A stretch of DNA of 62,269 bases from an uncultured virus (IMG/VR IMGVR_UViG_3300022200_000021) (IMGVR_UViG_3300022200_000021), one strand, 5' to 3'; shown: positions 9,696-19,941, counted from the first letter of the stretch. A program made the numbers and translations. The notes: a model not told the origin generated them from the letters alone.

Positions 9696-10625
9696 ATGCA
9701 AAATTTATGGGTCGAAAAGTATCGACCAGATACAATTAACGGATATGTATTTAGAGACTCTAATCAAGAAAAACAAATTCGTAAATGGATAGATGAAAAA
9801 TCTATCCCACATTTGTTGTTCAGCGGAGGACCTGGTGTTGGAAAAACAACATTAGCAAAAATACTTCTAAATGAATTAGATGTAAATCCTTATGATATAT
9901 TGCAAATTAATGCTTCACGAACAAATTCAGTAGATGATATTAGGGACAAAATTGTTAATTTTATTCAATTAATGCCGTTTGGTGAGTTTAAAGCTGTATT
10001 ATTAGATGAAGCAGATTATCTTTCACACAATGCACAAGCAGCATTACGTGGAGTAATGGAGGAATATCATAGTACATCTAGATTTTTAATGACATGTAAC
10101 TTCCCTCATAAAATAATACCAGCAATACATTCAAGGTGCCAAGGTTTCTTAATTGAAACAATAGATCAAACAGAATTTACTGCAAGAGTTGCTGAAATAT
10201 TGCTAACCGAAGGAGTTACCCCTGAATTAGACATTCTTGATACTTATGTTAAGGCAACTTATCCAGATTTGCGTAAGTGTATTAACACTGTTCAAATGAA
10301 CTCACAAAATGGTATGCTTTCTCCAGTATCGCAAGGAGATGCAGGAGAGCAAGAATGGAAGTTTAAAATGGTTGATCTTTTTAAACAAGGTAAAATCCAA
10401 GATGCTCGGAAATTATTATGCGGTACAATTAGAGCAGAAGAAATGGAGGATGTTTACAGATGGCTATATACTAATATAGAGTTATTTGGTAACACTGAAA
10501 CTTTACAAGATGATGCAGTTTTAATTATAAAAGACGGCTTAGTGAATCATACAATATGTGCAGATGCAGAAATTAATTTAGCTGCGGTTTTAATTCAGTT
10601 AGCTAGGCTTTCATGTAAGGATTAA
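9696..10625 (+). CDS. Clamp loader AAA+ subunit (T4 gp44/RFC-like)
   Basis: LWVEKYRP, Walker A GPGVGKT, LDEAD and SRC motifs. Start moved to ATG 9696 after the AAGGT RBS. Confidence 0.9.
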   Translation: MQNLWVEKYRPDTINGYVFRDSNQEKQIRKWIDEKSIPHLLFSGGPGVGKTTLAKILLNELDVNPYDILQINASRTNSVDDIRDKIVNFIQLMPFGEFKAVLLDEADYLSHNAQAALRGVMEEYHSTSRFLMTCNFPHKIIPAIHSRCQGFLIETIDQTEFTARVAEILLTEGVTPELDILDTYVKATYPDLRKCINTVQMNSQNGMLSPVSQGDAGEQEWKFKMVDLFKQGKIQDARKLLCGTIRAEEMEDVYRWLYTNIELFGNTETLQDDAVLIIKDGLVNHTICADAEINLAAVLIQLARLSCKD

Positions 10626-10627
10626 TA

Positions 10628-11107
10628 ATGATTAATGCAATTTTAGCATGCGATGATAATGGTGGTATTTCTAAAAATGGTACATTGCCCTGGCCAAAAA
10701 ATAGTAATGACTTAAAATGGTTTAAATCTAGTACTATTGAAAATATTGTCGTAATGGGAAGAACAACATGGGAAGATCCATGTATGCCAAAACCATTACC
10801 TAAACGAAGAAATGTAGTCGTTACACATAAAGAACTTCTTAACGTAGAAACTGCTAACGGTGATGTACCTGATATTCTAAAACGTCTTGAGAAAGACGAT
10901 CCTACAAATGTTGTTTGGGTCATTGGAGGGGCAGATATACTTAATCAAGCACTGCCAGTGATACAAAACTTTCATTTAAGTAGAATATTTGGAAGTTATG
11001 ATTGTGATAAATTTATCCCTATTAATCAAATTTTAGAAAAATTTCATCAAATTTACAAACGCAAATTTGAAACAGTGTCTACTGAAATTTGGACAAGGAA
11101 TGATTAA
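10628..11107 (+). CDS. folA: Dihydrofolate reductase
   Basis: GISKNGTLPW, DLKWFK, VVMGRTTW, PLPKRRNVV and VIGG motifs. Confidence 0.92.
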   Translation: MINAILACDDNGGISKNGTLPWPKNSNDLKWFKSSTIENIVVMGRTTWEDPCMPKPLPKRRNVVVTHKELLNVETANGDVPDILKRLEKDDPTNVVWVIGGADILNQALPVIQNFHLSRIFGSYDCDKFIPINQILEKFHQIYKRKFETVSTEIWTRND

Positions 11108-11312
11108 CAAATATCAAACAAAAATTAATGCGTTATCACTATGCGAGACTGATCGTCAGCAAGTTATTGCATTAATAAATGACGTAGTATTAGATTGCTA
11201 TAAGTTATGCGAACAGCATTCAAACATGATGATAGCATATGATTTTAATGATAAAGCAGATACCGCATTAGCTTGCGGTAAAATAATAAAAGAGTATTTT
11301 ACAAATGAATAA
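11100..11312 (+). CDS. Hypothetical protein
   Basis: Likely start at ATG 11100 (MINKYQ); overlaps both neighbours. Confidence 0.55.
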   Translation: MINKYQTKINALSLCETDRQQVIALINDVVLDCYKLCEQHSNMMIAYDFNDKADTALACGKIIKEYFTNE

Positions 11313-11826
11313 TCGAATTAAACAAGCGTATATGGATGTTGCAACAAGATTTTCAGAATTAAGTTATGCTAAACGATTGAAAGTTGGATGTATTATAGTT
11401 AAAGATAATCGAATTATTTCAATTGGATATAATGGAACTCCTGCTGGATGGGACAATCAGTGTGAATATAGAGTTTGGAGAAAAGATGAAAATCCCTTAT
11501 GGGAAAACTTACCACTTTACGAAATTGAAGACACCTGGCCGTATGTCGAATACAGCGACATAGATGATCAAGAAATTGATCGATATCGTTTAGCAACTAA
11601 GTTAGAAGTTTTACATGCAGAACGAAATGCACTTGATAAGTTAGCTAATAGTCATGATAGTGGAAAACATGCACATATGTTTGTTACACATACACCGTGT
11701 ATAGAATGCTCTAAAAGTATTTACGGAGCTGGAATTGAAAAAGTTTATTTCAAACATAAGTATCGCTCATTAGATGGTGTTGATTTTTTAAGAAAGTGTA
11801 ATATCGGAGTTGAGCAGATTGTGTAA
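11305..11826 (+). CDS. dCMP deaminase
   Basis: KVGCIIVKD..IISIGYNG, HAERNA and PCIEC zinc-binding motifs. Confidence 0.9.
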   Translation: MNNRIKQAYMDVATRFSELSYAKRLKVGCIIVKDNRIISIGYNGTPAGWDNQCEYRVWRKDENPLWENLPLYEIEDTWPYVEYSDIDDQEIDRYRLATKLEVLHAERNALDKLANSHDSGKHAHMFVTHTPCIECSKSIYGAGIEKVYFKHKYRSLDGVDFLRKCNIGVEQIV

Positions 11827-11831
11827 AACAA

Positions 11832-11866
11832 TTAAGTAACGCTAGAAATATTCTAGCGTTACTTAA
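11832..11866. terminator. Bidirectional terminator-like hairpin
   Basis: 16-bp perfect stem ttaagtaacgctagaa-ata-ttctagcgttacttaa between convergent genes. Confidence 0.8.
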
Positions 11867-11875
11867 CAACTTAGA

Positions 11876-12589
11876 TTAAAAATTATATATTTGTAAAATT
11901 TCTTCAACAACAGGATGACGTTCGATGTCATTATTGTTAAAATGTGTAATACTTATTCTATTACTTGAGAACTTTTCTAGTTTATTCAAAAAGTCACGTA
12001 GACCATTATTTAATAATCGATCACTTTGATTCAAATCCCCGGTTATAGCCATTTTAGATCCTTCTCCTATACGAGTTAAAAGCATTTTCATTTGATTTAA
12101 TGTTGTTAATTGTACTTCGTCTGCAATAATAAATGAATTTTTAAAAGTCCTACCTCTCATGTATGCTAACGGTGCTATCTCAATAACTTTATCTACTAAC
12201 ATACTTTTAATAGATGTAGGATGATAATATTCTTCAAATATTGACATCACCGGTATTGTCCACGGAGCCATTTTTTCTTCCAATGTTCCCGGTAAAAATC
12301 CTAAATCTTCATCAACCGACACCGCAGGTCGTGTTATTATAATTTTATCCACTTCTTTTTCTTTAAACTGCTTTATGGCAGCCTGAACCGCAAGTAATGT
12401 TTTGCCAGTACCTGCAGGACCAATACCAAATACAATGTCTTTTGAATTATCCATTAAATTTATTACATATTGTTCTTGGTTTGTGTTTCTAGGTAAAAGT
12501 TTAACTTTACTAGCTTGTAATGAGGTAAAATTAATGTTAACGACATTTGCATAGCTTGAGGTTTTTTGTGAATTTCTTTTTGCACCCAT
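11876..12589 (-). CDS. phoH: PhoH-like ATPase
   Basis: GPAGTGKT, TRPAV, LGFLPG, YMRGRTF, DEVQ and GDLNQSD motifs. Confidence 0.92.
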   Translation of the reverse strand: MGAKRNSQKTSSYANVVNINFTSLQASKVKLLPRNTNQEQYVINLMDNSKDIVFGIGPAGTGKTLLAVQAAIKQFKEKEVDKIIITRPAVSVDEDLGFLPGTLEEKMAPWTIPVMSIFEEYYHPTSIKSMLVDKVIEIAPLAYMRGRTFKNSFIIADEVQLTTLNQMKMLLTRIGEGSKMAITGDLNQSDRLLNNGLRDFLNKLEKFSSNRISITHFNNNDIERHPVVEEILQIYNF

Positions 12590-12629
12590 TAAGTTCTCCC
12601 TTTATAGGTTGTGATCTAAAATAATTTAG

Positions 12630-12667
12630 ATATTGTAAGTAGAAAAAATATAATCTACTTACAATAT
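12630..12667. repeat. 14-bp inverted repeat in the divergent phoH intergenic region
   Basis: atattgtaagtaga-N10-tctacttacaatat. Confidence 0.7.
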
Positions 12668-12818
12668 TTAGTGTGTTAAACTGGTAAAATGTACATAACT
12701 AGTTATTTTGATGTAATTTGGCGATGAGATAAATATAGTTATACTCGCGTTAAATATATACCTTAATGGGAAATGGTATTAACACGCTCAAATTTGATAA
12801 AATATTAGAGGCTCATAA

Positions 12819-13397
12819 ATGAAGGACGTATTAGATATTATTAATAATATTAAGCAAATTTATCACTCAAAAACATCTTTTTATATATTAAAAGAATTTG
12901 AAAGAGTGTTAGATGATTTAAATTTGTATGTTTACAGTAATTGGGAAGATGGCGAATTAGTCGAAGGACCAATTATTAAACGTCATTGGGTTACATGTTC
13001 ATTTATGTGGAAATATGAAAATATGCCTGACCCTATTGGAGGTGAACGAATGTTAGACTACGGGTGTAAAGTAACATATCAAAAAACCAATTTAGTTAAA
13101 CCTAGAAAAATTGAAAAACCCGATGACATTCGACCTGGATCAAAAAAAGGAAAATTAGATAAAGAACCTATATGGATAGTATCTATTCAAATGCCTAGAA
13201 ATTTATTAGACGAGTTAGATATAGATGCATTAAATCAAGAAGAAGATGAATCTAATGACAACGAGTTTAATACTAAAAAACCAAAGGAAAATACGCAATC
13301 TCAACCTCAACAACCATTTCCAGCAACTCCAGGGGGAGCAGCAGGGGGAGCAGCAGGAACACCTGGCGCAGGATTTGAAGCAGCAGCAGGGATATAA
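12819..13397 (+). CDS. Hypothetical protein
   Basis: 192 aa, GATAAATA at 12728 upstream, G/A-rich low-complexity tail. Confidence 0.7.
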   Translation: MKDVLDIINNIKQIYHSKTSFYILKEFERVLDDLNLYVYSNWEDGELVEGPIIKRHWVTCSFMWKYENMPDPIGGERMLDYGCKVTYQKTNLVKPRKIEKPDDIRPGSKKGKLDKEPIWIVSIQMPRNLLDELDIDALNQEEDESNDNEFNTKKPKENTQSQPQQPFPATPGGAAGGAAGTPGAGFEAAAGI

Positions 13398-13399
13398 TA

Positions 13400-14110
13400 A
13401 TGACATTAAGAAAAAACGATTTGATAGATTTAGTAGATAATATTGTAGAAATAGATTCATATGCTTCAAAAATGGGTAGTGATGCAGATATTGTAACCGT
13501 AGCAATCGAACTAAAAACAAAAGAAGCTGCATTAGATATGGTTGACTTTTTAGAAAAAGGATTTCCATATGTATTAGATGCCGATGTTACTGCAGGAGAA
13601 CAAGATAACGGATATTACAAGGTATTTGTTGAAATAGAACGAAACTCTGAAATTGCAAAACAATTGTTTAACATTATTACAGGAATTATGAAATTGACTA
13701 ATATACCTAACATAAGGTATCGTTATTATAAAAATTTCCGTAGTAAACCTGCAACCCTTGAAAATTTAGCAGAAGTACCGGCTACTACTAAAGACTACGC
13801 TACTAAAATTTCAGAATCTTCGATATATAATTATAGTCGATTTTTTGATCGAAGCTATGTAGATTTAATAGAAATGAAAGGAAATGAAATTACAATTTCT
13901 AAAAAATGGGCAGATCCTTTACTGTTCGAGTTTATAGATGTTGGTCCATTGAAAGAAACATTAAGTAACATTACAGAATCATATAATACAAATGATTTTG
14001 CTGAAATTATTTTTTTATCTAAGTATATCGGCGATTATAATATTACAAAATATGGTAATAAGTTAACTTTTGAAAATGATAATCATTTATTAGTATTAAA
14101 ACGGTTGTGA
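13400..14110 (+). CDS. Hypothetical protein
   Basis: 236 aa ORF tightly packed in an operon. Confidence 0.7.
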   Translation: MTLRKNDLIDLVDNIVEIDSYASKMGSDADIVTVAIELKTKEAALDMVDFLEKGFPYVLDADVTAGEQDNGYYKVFVEIERNSEIAKQLFNIITGIMKLTNIPNIRYRYYKNFRSKPATLENLAEVPATTKDYATKISESSIYNYSRFFDRSYVDLIEMKGNEITISKKWADPLLFEFIDVGPLKETLSNITESYNTNDFAEIIFLSKYIGDYNITKYGNKLTFENDNHLLVLKRL

Positions 14111-14117
14111 GAAGATA

Positions 14118-14948
14118 ATGAAAGAATATGGATTTAACTTTAATTTTAAACGAGATTATTTAGCAGAATTAATCCCATCTAACCAGGAAGTAGATAGCTG
14201 GTATTCTGCATTGTGTGTTATGCTACCAAAATGGAAAATTAATACTGTAGATCGGGTAGCGTGCTTTATTGCACAGTGTTCGCATGAATCATGCGAATTT
14301 ACTGTACTTAGTGAAAATTTAAATTATAGTTCAACTGCATTGAATAAAGTATTTCCCAAGTATTTCATAAAAGCAGGAAGATCAGCAGATTTGTATCACA
14401 GACAACCTGAAAGAATTGCAAATATAGTTTATTCAAATAGATTAGGTAATAGCGACGAAGCGTCAGGTGATGGATGGCGATATCGCGGAGGTGGGTTAAT
14501 ACAACTAACTGGGAAAAATAATTATAAACATTTTAGTCAAGCTGTAAATATTACGCTTGACAAAGCAGTAGAATATGTAAGAACGCCTAATGGTGCAGTA
14601 GAATCAGCTTGCTGGTTTTGGGAAAAGAACAATTTAAATGTCTTTTGCGATAAAAAAGATATTGTCGGTCTGTCGGTTAAAATTAACGGTGGTTCAAATG
14701 GATTAGATGATCGAATTAAAAAGTGGAATAAGGCATTATCAGTTCTCGATCAAGGTAAAGAATTTACAGTATTATCGTTAGGTTCTCGAGGTGACGATGT
14801 TATTAGACTGCAGCACGCTTTGAAAATAGCAGCAGATGGCATATTTGGTCCTAATACCGAACGACGACTTAAAAAATGGCAATTAGATAATAATTTAATT
14901 CCTGATGGAATTGCAGGGTATAATACATTAACAAAACTATTGGGGTAA
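14118..14948 (+). CDS. Endolysin: GH19 chitinase-like domain plus C-terminal peptidoglycan-binding domain
   Basis: FIAQCSHES, ENLNYS, DGWRYRGGGLIQLTGKNNY and INGGSNGL motifs; C-terminal GSRGDDV..LQ..ADGIFGPNT..DGIAG. Confidence 0.9.
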   Translation: MKEYGFNFNFKRDYLAELIPSNQEVDSWYSALCVMLPKWKINTVDRVACFIAQCSHESCEFTVLSENLNYSSTALNKVFPKYFIKAGRSADLYHRQPERIANIVYSNRLGNSDEASGDGWRYRGGGLIQLTGKNNYKHFSQAVNITLDKAVEYVRTPNGAVESACWFWEKNNLNVFCDKKDIVGLSVKINGGSNGLDDRIKKWNKALSVLDQGKEFTVLSLGSRGDDVIRLQHALKIAADGIFGPNTERRLKKWQLDNNLIPDGIAGYNTLTKLLG

Positions 14949-14951
14949 TTA

Positions 14952-15404
14952 ATGTTTAACGGAATGATAAATTATGCAATAGTATATGTACTTATAACTT
15001 CAATTATAGGAGGACTATATTTTAAATATAGCCAAACAACTATAGCTAACTTAGAAAAAAATAATGCAGAACTTAATTTAGCTAATGAAATTAGTAATAA
15101 TACAATCGACTCACTAAAAGAAGATGTTACTCGAGCAAATAAGGTTATTAAATCTACAAATGAAAAATTAGCTAAAATTAGAAAACAAAATCAATTATTA
15201 ATACAAAAACAAAATAAACACAACTTAACAGAACTATCAATCAAAAAACCAAAATTAGTTGAAAAAGTTATTAATAATGCTACGGAAAATGTAAATAGAT
15301 GTTTTGAAATTTTATCAGGATCACCGCTTACGGATAAAGAACTTTCAGCAACTACAGACAAAGAGTTCAATTCAGAATGTCCGTTTTTAAGGAAATTGCA
15401 ATGA
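14952..15404 (+). CDS. Putative inner-membrane spanin (Rz-like)
   Basis: N-terminal TM helix, long coiled coil and two C-terminal Cys; follows the endolysin. Confidence 0.7.
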   Translation: MFNGMINYAIVYVLITSIIGGLYFKYSQTTIANLEKNNAELNLANEISNNTIDSLKEDVTRANKVIKSTNEKLAKIRKQNQLLIQKQNKHNLTELSIKKPKLVEKVINNATENVNRCFEILSGSPLTDKELSATTDKEFNSECPFLRKLQ

Positions 15405-15739
15405 AAGTGCTATTATTTTTATTACTTCTTACAAGCTGCACTACTACAAATAAACCAACAATTACAGTACGTAATACAAATCCTGTAATAATTTTACATC
15501 CAAAAGTTGATCAATTAAAACTGCGAACTATAAATTGGAACATAATTACATTAGATAATTATATAGAAGTATTTGAAAAATTACAAAAACAAGGTAGTCC
15601 AGCAATTTTATATGGGATCACTGTTAAAGATTATGAGGAGTTAAGTTTAAATATCAATGATATACGATCATTAGTACAACAGCAACAAGTAGTAATCGAT
15701 TCATTAAGGGAACAAATAAACAGTTATGGAAAACAATGA
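15401..15739 (+). CDS. Putative outer-membrane lipoprotein spanin (Rz1-like)
   Basis: MKVLLFLLLLTSC lipobox; ATGA overlap with the i-spanin stop. Confidence 0.7.
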   Translation: MKVLLFLLLLTSCTTTNKPTITVRNTNPVIILHPKVDQLKLRTINWNIITLDNYIEVFEKLQKQGSPAILYGITVKDYEELSLNINDIRSLVQQQQVVIDSLREQINSYGKQ

Positions 15740-15971
15740 TAGTCCTTTTATTAAATGGATTTATTTAGCTCGTGCATTAGATTCTTGGAGAATTTTTCCA
15801 AGAACTTTTATTGTGGTATATTTAATTATATTGCATGATGTTATTCAATGGTTTATTGGGCTAGACGAACCGAATAATGCACAAGCATCTTTAGTTTCAG
15901 TTGTAGTAGGAGCAGGAGCAGCATGGTTCGGCTTATATGTTAATACTGGTGGTGGAAAAACTAGAGAGTAA
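15726..15971 (+). CDS. Putative holin
   Basis: 81 aa with two hydrophobic helices and a charged tail; sits in the lysis cassette. Confidence 0.6.
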   Translation: MENNDSPFIKWIYLARALDSWRIFPRTFIVVYLIILHDVIQWFIGLDEPNNAQASLVSVVVGAGAAWFGLYVNTGGGKTRE

Positions 15972-15989
15972 AATTGATTAAATAGTATA

Positions 15990-16739
15990 ATGAATTACTA
16001 TATAATCTTAGGCATTTCTAATAAAGCATCTGACGATGATATAAAAGCTGCATATCGAAAATTAGCAATGATACATCATCCGGATCGAGGTGGGGATGCT
16101 GAAAAGCTGAAACTAATTAATAAAGCATACGATGTATTAAAAGATCCATTTAAACGATCAGCATACGATGCATCATTTATACCAAAATACCACAACAAGA
16201 AACAAAACAGAAACTTAACATTAACTGCACAAATTTCTTTTTTTGATGCAGTGTATGGAACAGAGTTGTTTTTGCAATATACATTATTTTCAGGGTCAGT
16301 GGAAGTTGTTAAAATTAATATTCCACCTGGTGCTAACAACAATGATGTTATCAGTTTTAAAGGATTAGGCGACGATCGCTATTCTCCATATGCACCTCGT
16401 GGAAATTTATTAGTTAAAATTAAAATATTAACTGATGAAAATTGGTCACGATCTGGAAATAATTTAATTACAAAACAAGTAATAAATGTCTTTGATTTAA
16501 TGTTAGGATGTGTTATAATAATACATACACTAAACGGAAAACAAGTTAAACTAACTATTCCAAAAGGAACACAGCCAAATACAGTGTTTAGCATTAAAGG
16601 CTATGGCGTTCGTAACATTAAAACTAATATAACAGGTGATATATTAGTGCATATTGATGTTAAAATACCTATTATTAATAACGATACTACTTTACAAAAG
16701 TTAGAAGAGTTATACTATTGCACAAAATCTGAGGATTAA
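15990..16739 (+). CDS. dnaJ: DnaJ-class chaperone (no zinc finger)
   Basis: J-domain with HPD (HHPDRGG); C-terminal IPPG, GNLLV and IPKGTQ motifs. Confidence 0.88.
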   Translation: MNYYIILGISNKASDDDIKAAYRKLAMIHHPDRGGDAEKLKLINKAYDVLKDPFKRSAYDASFIPKYHNKKQNRNLTLTAQISFFDAVYGTELFLQYTLFSGSVEVVKINIPPGANNNDVISFKGLGDDRYSPYAPRGNLLVKIKILTDENWSRSGNNLITKQVINVFDLMLGCVIIIHTLNGKQVKLTIPKGTQPNTVFSIKGYGVRNIKTNITGDILVHIDVKIPIINNDTTLQKLEELYYCTKSED

Positions 16740-16742
16740 TAC

Positions 16743-18989
16743 ATGGAACCATCGAAAGAATTATTAGTAGTATTTGAACACGCTACTTCGCAGGCAAAAA
16801 CATTAAAACATGAATATATAACACTAGAACATCTTTTGCAAGCTATGCTTGCAGATGACGAATATATTGAAATGTTGCAAGCTGCTGGAGCTGATACTGA
16901 TAAGCTTATTGAATCAGTAAATGAGCATTTAAATTCACAGTGCGATGACATAATCATTAGTGCTGAAAAGTATAAACCTAAGAAAACACAATCGTTAGAA
17001 CGAGTTCTTAATCGAGCGTTCACACAAGTACTGTTTGCAGGTAGGACGCATTTAGATTTGCTTGATTTAACTTCTAGTATTTTAAATGAGAGAAAAAGTA
17101 TTGCATGTTATTTAATAGAAGCATCTGGACTTACAAAAACTAAATTTGCTGAGTTTGTTAAAACAAATATCGATAACGATTTAGACGACGATTTAAATGA
17201 TGATTTAGATGATGATTTAGATGATGACGAATATCCAACTAGAAGAAAGCAAGATCCATTAACTAAGTACACTGTACTGCTAAATGAAGAAGTTGCTAAT
17301 GGAAAAATAGATCCTATCATTGGCAGATCGTCGGAAATAGAATCACTTGCGTTAGCATTGGGAAGAAGATCTAAAAACAATGTACTGTTAGTAGGTGACC
17401 CAGGTGTAGGCAAAACTTCAATAATCGAAGGTATTGCATATAAAATTGTCAATAAGGACATTCCAGAATTTTTAACAGATTACAGTGTTTATAGCTTAGA
17501 CTTAGGAGCGGTTCTTGCAGGTACCCGTTATAGAGGTGATTTTGAAGAACGTATTAAACAAATTCTAAATGCTTTAATAAAAAAAGGAAATTGTATTTTG
17601 TTTATAGACGAAGCTCATATGATTAGTGGAGCTGGGTCTGGTTCAAATAATGCAAATGATTTAGCAAATATGCTTAAACCTGCATTATCAAAAGGAAATA
17701 TTAAAGTTGTTGCATCAACAACATGGGAAGAATATCGAAAGTATTTTGAGAAAGATAGAGCATTAATGCGTAGATTCCAACGGGTTGTAGTCGACGAGCC
17801 TGATTTAGCTACTGCTATAGATATCGTTCAAGGAATTAAAAAATATTATGAGTCGTTTCACAATACTACTATCACCGACGATGCAATTGACGCTGCGGTT
17901 AAGTTATCTAACAAATATCAAGCAGATAAAAAATTGCCAGACAAAGCAATTGATTTAATAGATTTAGCATGTTCTAGATTCAAGTTAACATCAACTAATG
18001 AGGAGAAGATTGTTTCTAAAAAATCAGTACAAGTTGAAATAGCAAAAATTTTAAATATCCCAGTTGAACAAATCTTAGAAAGTGAATCTACACATATTGC
18101 ACAACTGGAAAACAACTTAAAAACTCATATATTTGGACAAGACGATGCTATTGAATCGTTAGTCGATAAGATACTAGTTAGTCATGCAGGATTAAAATCT
18201 GCAAATAAGCCAGTAGGAGCGTTTGTTTTTATGGGTCAAAGCGGATGTGGTAAAACAGAATCCGCTAAACAATTAGCAAAACATCTAGGTATTAAATTAG
18301 TTCGCTTTGATATGAGCGAATATCAAGAACAACACTCTGTTGCAAAATTAATCGGGTCTCCTCCTGGATATGTTGGACATGAAGAAAATACCGGACAATT
18401 AATTACAAAATTACAAGAACATCCCAATTGTGTATTATTGTTAGATGAGATTGAGAAAGCACATCCAGATGTTGCACAAATTTTGTTGCAGTTAATGGAT
18501 AATGGAAAGGTTACAGGATCTAATGGCAAAGAAGCTGATGCTCGTCACTGTGTATTAATTTTGACTACTAATTTAGGTGCAAGAGATGCAGAGAAAGGTT
18601 CAATTGGATTTGCAAACGATACCGATCAAAGTTATCCAGACGATGAATTAAAACGATACTTTTCTCCAGAGTTCCGTAATAGATTAGATGGAATTATTAC
18701 ATTTTCCAGATTGAATAAACCTACTATGATAAAAATTATTCACAAATTTATTTCTGAATTAGAGGAATTAGTTCAAGATAAAAATATTAAAATTAATATT
18801 TCCGAACAAGCTATAAACTTTTTAGTTGAAAAAGGATTTGATCCTAAAATGGGAGCAAGACCGTTGCAACGGGTAATTGATAAGGAAATTAAAACACCTT
18901 TATCGAAAGAAATGCTGTTTGGTGCATTAAAAGATGGTGGATCTGTTACTGTAGATTATACAGATAAAATACAGTTGCAATGTAATTAA
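16743..18989 (+). CDS. clpA: ATP-dependent Clp protease ATP-binding subunit, ClpA-like
   Basis: Clp N domain, two AAA+ modules (GDPGVGKT, GQSGCGKT), FDMSEY, GSPPGYVG and the IGF loop. Confidence 0.92.
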   Translation: MEPSKELLVVFEHATSQAKTLKHEYITLEHLLQAMLADDEYIEMLQAAGADTDKLIESVNEHLNSQCDDIIISAEKYKPKKTQSLERVLNRAFTQVLFAGRTHLDLLDLTSSILNERKSIACYLIEASGLTKTKFAEFVKTNIDNDLDDDLNDDLDDDLDDDEYPTRRKQDPLTKYTVLLNEEVANGKIDPIIGRSSEIESLALALGRRSKNNVLLVGDPGVGKTSIIEGIAYKIVNKDIPEFLTDYSVYSLDLGAVLAGTRYRGDFEERIKQILNALIKKGNCILFIDEAHMISGAGSGSNNANDLANMLKPALSKGNIKVVASTTWEEYRKYFEKDRALMRRFQRVVVDEPDLATAIDIVQGIKKYYESFHNTTITDDAIDAAVKLSNKYQADKKLPDKAIDLIDLACSRFKLTSTNEEKIVSKKSVQVEIAKILNIPVEQILESESTHIAQLENNLKTHIFGQDDAIESLVDKILVSHAGLKSANKPVGAFVFMGQSGCGKTESAKQLAKHLGIKLVRFDMSEYQEQHSVAKLIGSPPGYVGHEENTGQLITKLQEHPNCVLLLDEIEKAHPDVAQILLQLMDNGKVTGSNGKEADARHCVLILTTNLGARDAEKGSIGFANDTDQSYPDDELKRYFSPEFRNRLDGIITFSRLNKPTMIKIIHKFISELEELVQDKNIKINISEQAINFLVEKGFDPKMGARPLQRVIDKEIKTPLSKEMLFGALKDGGSVTVDYTDKIQLQCN
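17172..17228 (+). repeat. Imperfect 12-bp tandem repeat encoding (D/N)DDL in the ClpA linker
   Basis: gataacgattta gacgacgattta aatgatgattta gatgatgattta gatgatgac. Confidence 0.8.
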
Positions 18990-19004
18990 TTATTGATGTA
19001 AATT

Positions 19005-19043
19005 AAAACCGTGATAGTTAAATAGCTATCACGGTTTTTTTTT
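19005..19043 (+). terminator. Rho-independent terminator
   Basis: aaaaccgtgatag..ctatcacggtttt stem followed by a long T run after clpA. Confidence 0.85.
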
Positions 19044-19061
19044 GTTTAGATAAATATAATT

Positions 19062-19403
19062 ATGAAAATAAATAGTGAAACAATATTAACAACGCAAACA
19101 CATCCAGGCGATAGCACGATGTTAGTTGTAACAGGCGATGCATATAAAGGTGATGGGTACTATCGACAAAGTGATGGGATTCATACTGTACAATATACAT
19201 ATACAAATTTTTCTGGTATTATTTCCATTCAAGCAACATTAGCAGTTACACCTGATGAATCTGATTGGTTTGATGCACATGTGTATGAAACTCATATGGA
19301 AACTGCTAGTAAAATACAAAATATAGTCGGTAACTATGTTTGGATAAGAGCACAAGTAATTTACTTTGATGGAACAGTAAATTTAATCACTTATAATCAT
19401 TAA
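19062..19403 (+). CDS. Probable virion protein
   Basis: 113 aa, beta-rich, GNYVWIRA motif; GATAAATA at 19049-19056. Confidence 0.6.
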   Translation: MKINSETILTTQTHPGDSTMLVVTGDAYKGDGYYRQSDGIHTVQYTYTNFSGIISIQATLAVTPDESDWFDAHVYETHMETASKIQNIVGNYVWIRAQVIYFDGTVNLITYNH

Positions 19404-19415
19404 GTAAGGTAACAT

Positions 19416-19922
19416 ATGAAACTACATGAATTTATGGACATAACACAAAATACTGATAAACCGGTATTGCCCTTTGATATAGTTGATGACATTGTGCATT
19501 ATATAGAAAACGATCCATTGTTTTATCGTAAAAAGTTTTTCCCAGTATTGGAAAAACTTAAGATGTTAAAAAAGAAACATAAACACGTGGATTACAAGAA
19601 AATTTTAAAACCAGTAGTAGATAGTGCTATTGTTACATATTGTAATAAGTTTAAATTAGGATCGCCTGAGTACATCATTGATAAAGAAGATATAATGCAT
19701 ATAATTGAAAAGTTATATGAAAACGAGTTTAAATCATCAAATGACGACATATTTAACCGTCAACGATTACAATTTGAATCCTCATCTACTTCTGCTGGAG
19801 CAATTGCATCAGTTGCAGCACCAACTGTTACTCGTAAGAAAAAAAACAAAAAACCAGTGAAAAATGCGTTAGATTCAAATGTAAACTTATTTACCGGCGA
19901 AGTAATGAAACGCAATATGTAA
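19416..19922 (+). CDS. Hypothetical protein, possibly head-packaged
   Basis: MKLHEF N-terminus and TSAGAIASV motif. Confidence 0.6.
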   Translation: MKLHEFMDITQNTDKPVLPFDIVDDIVHYIENDPLFYRKKFFPVLEKLKMLKKKHKHVDYKKILKPVVDSAIVTYCNKFKLGSPEYIIDKEDIMHIIEKLYENEFKSSNDDIFNRQRLQFESSSTSAGAIASVAAPTVTRKKKNKKPVKNALDSNVNLFTGEVMKRNM

Positions 19923-19941
19923 AACTATTAGGAAATAATAA

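Noticed and set aside
13331..13354. GC-rich direct repeat (gggggagcagca x2) as a regulatory element
   Set aside because: It encodes GGAAGGAA in a low-complexity protein tail.
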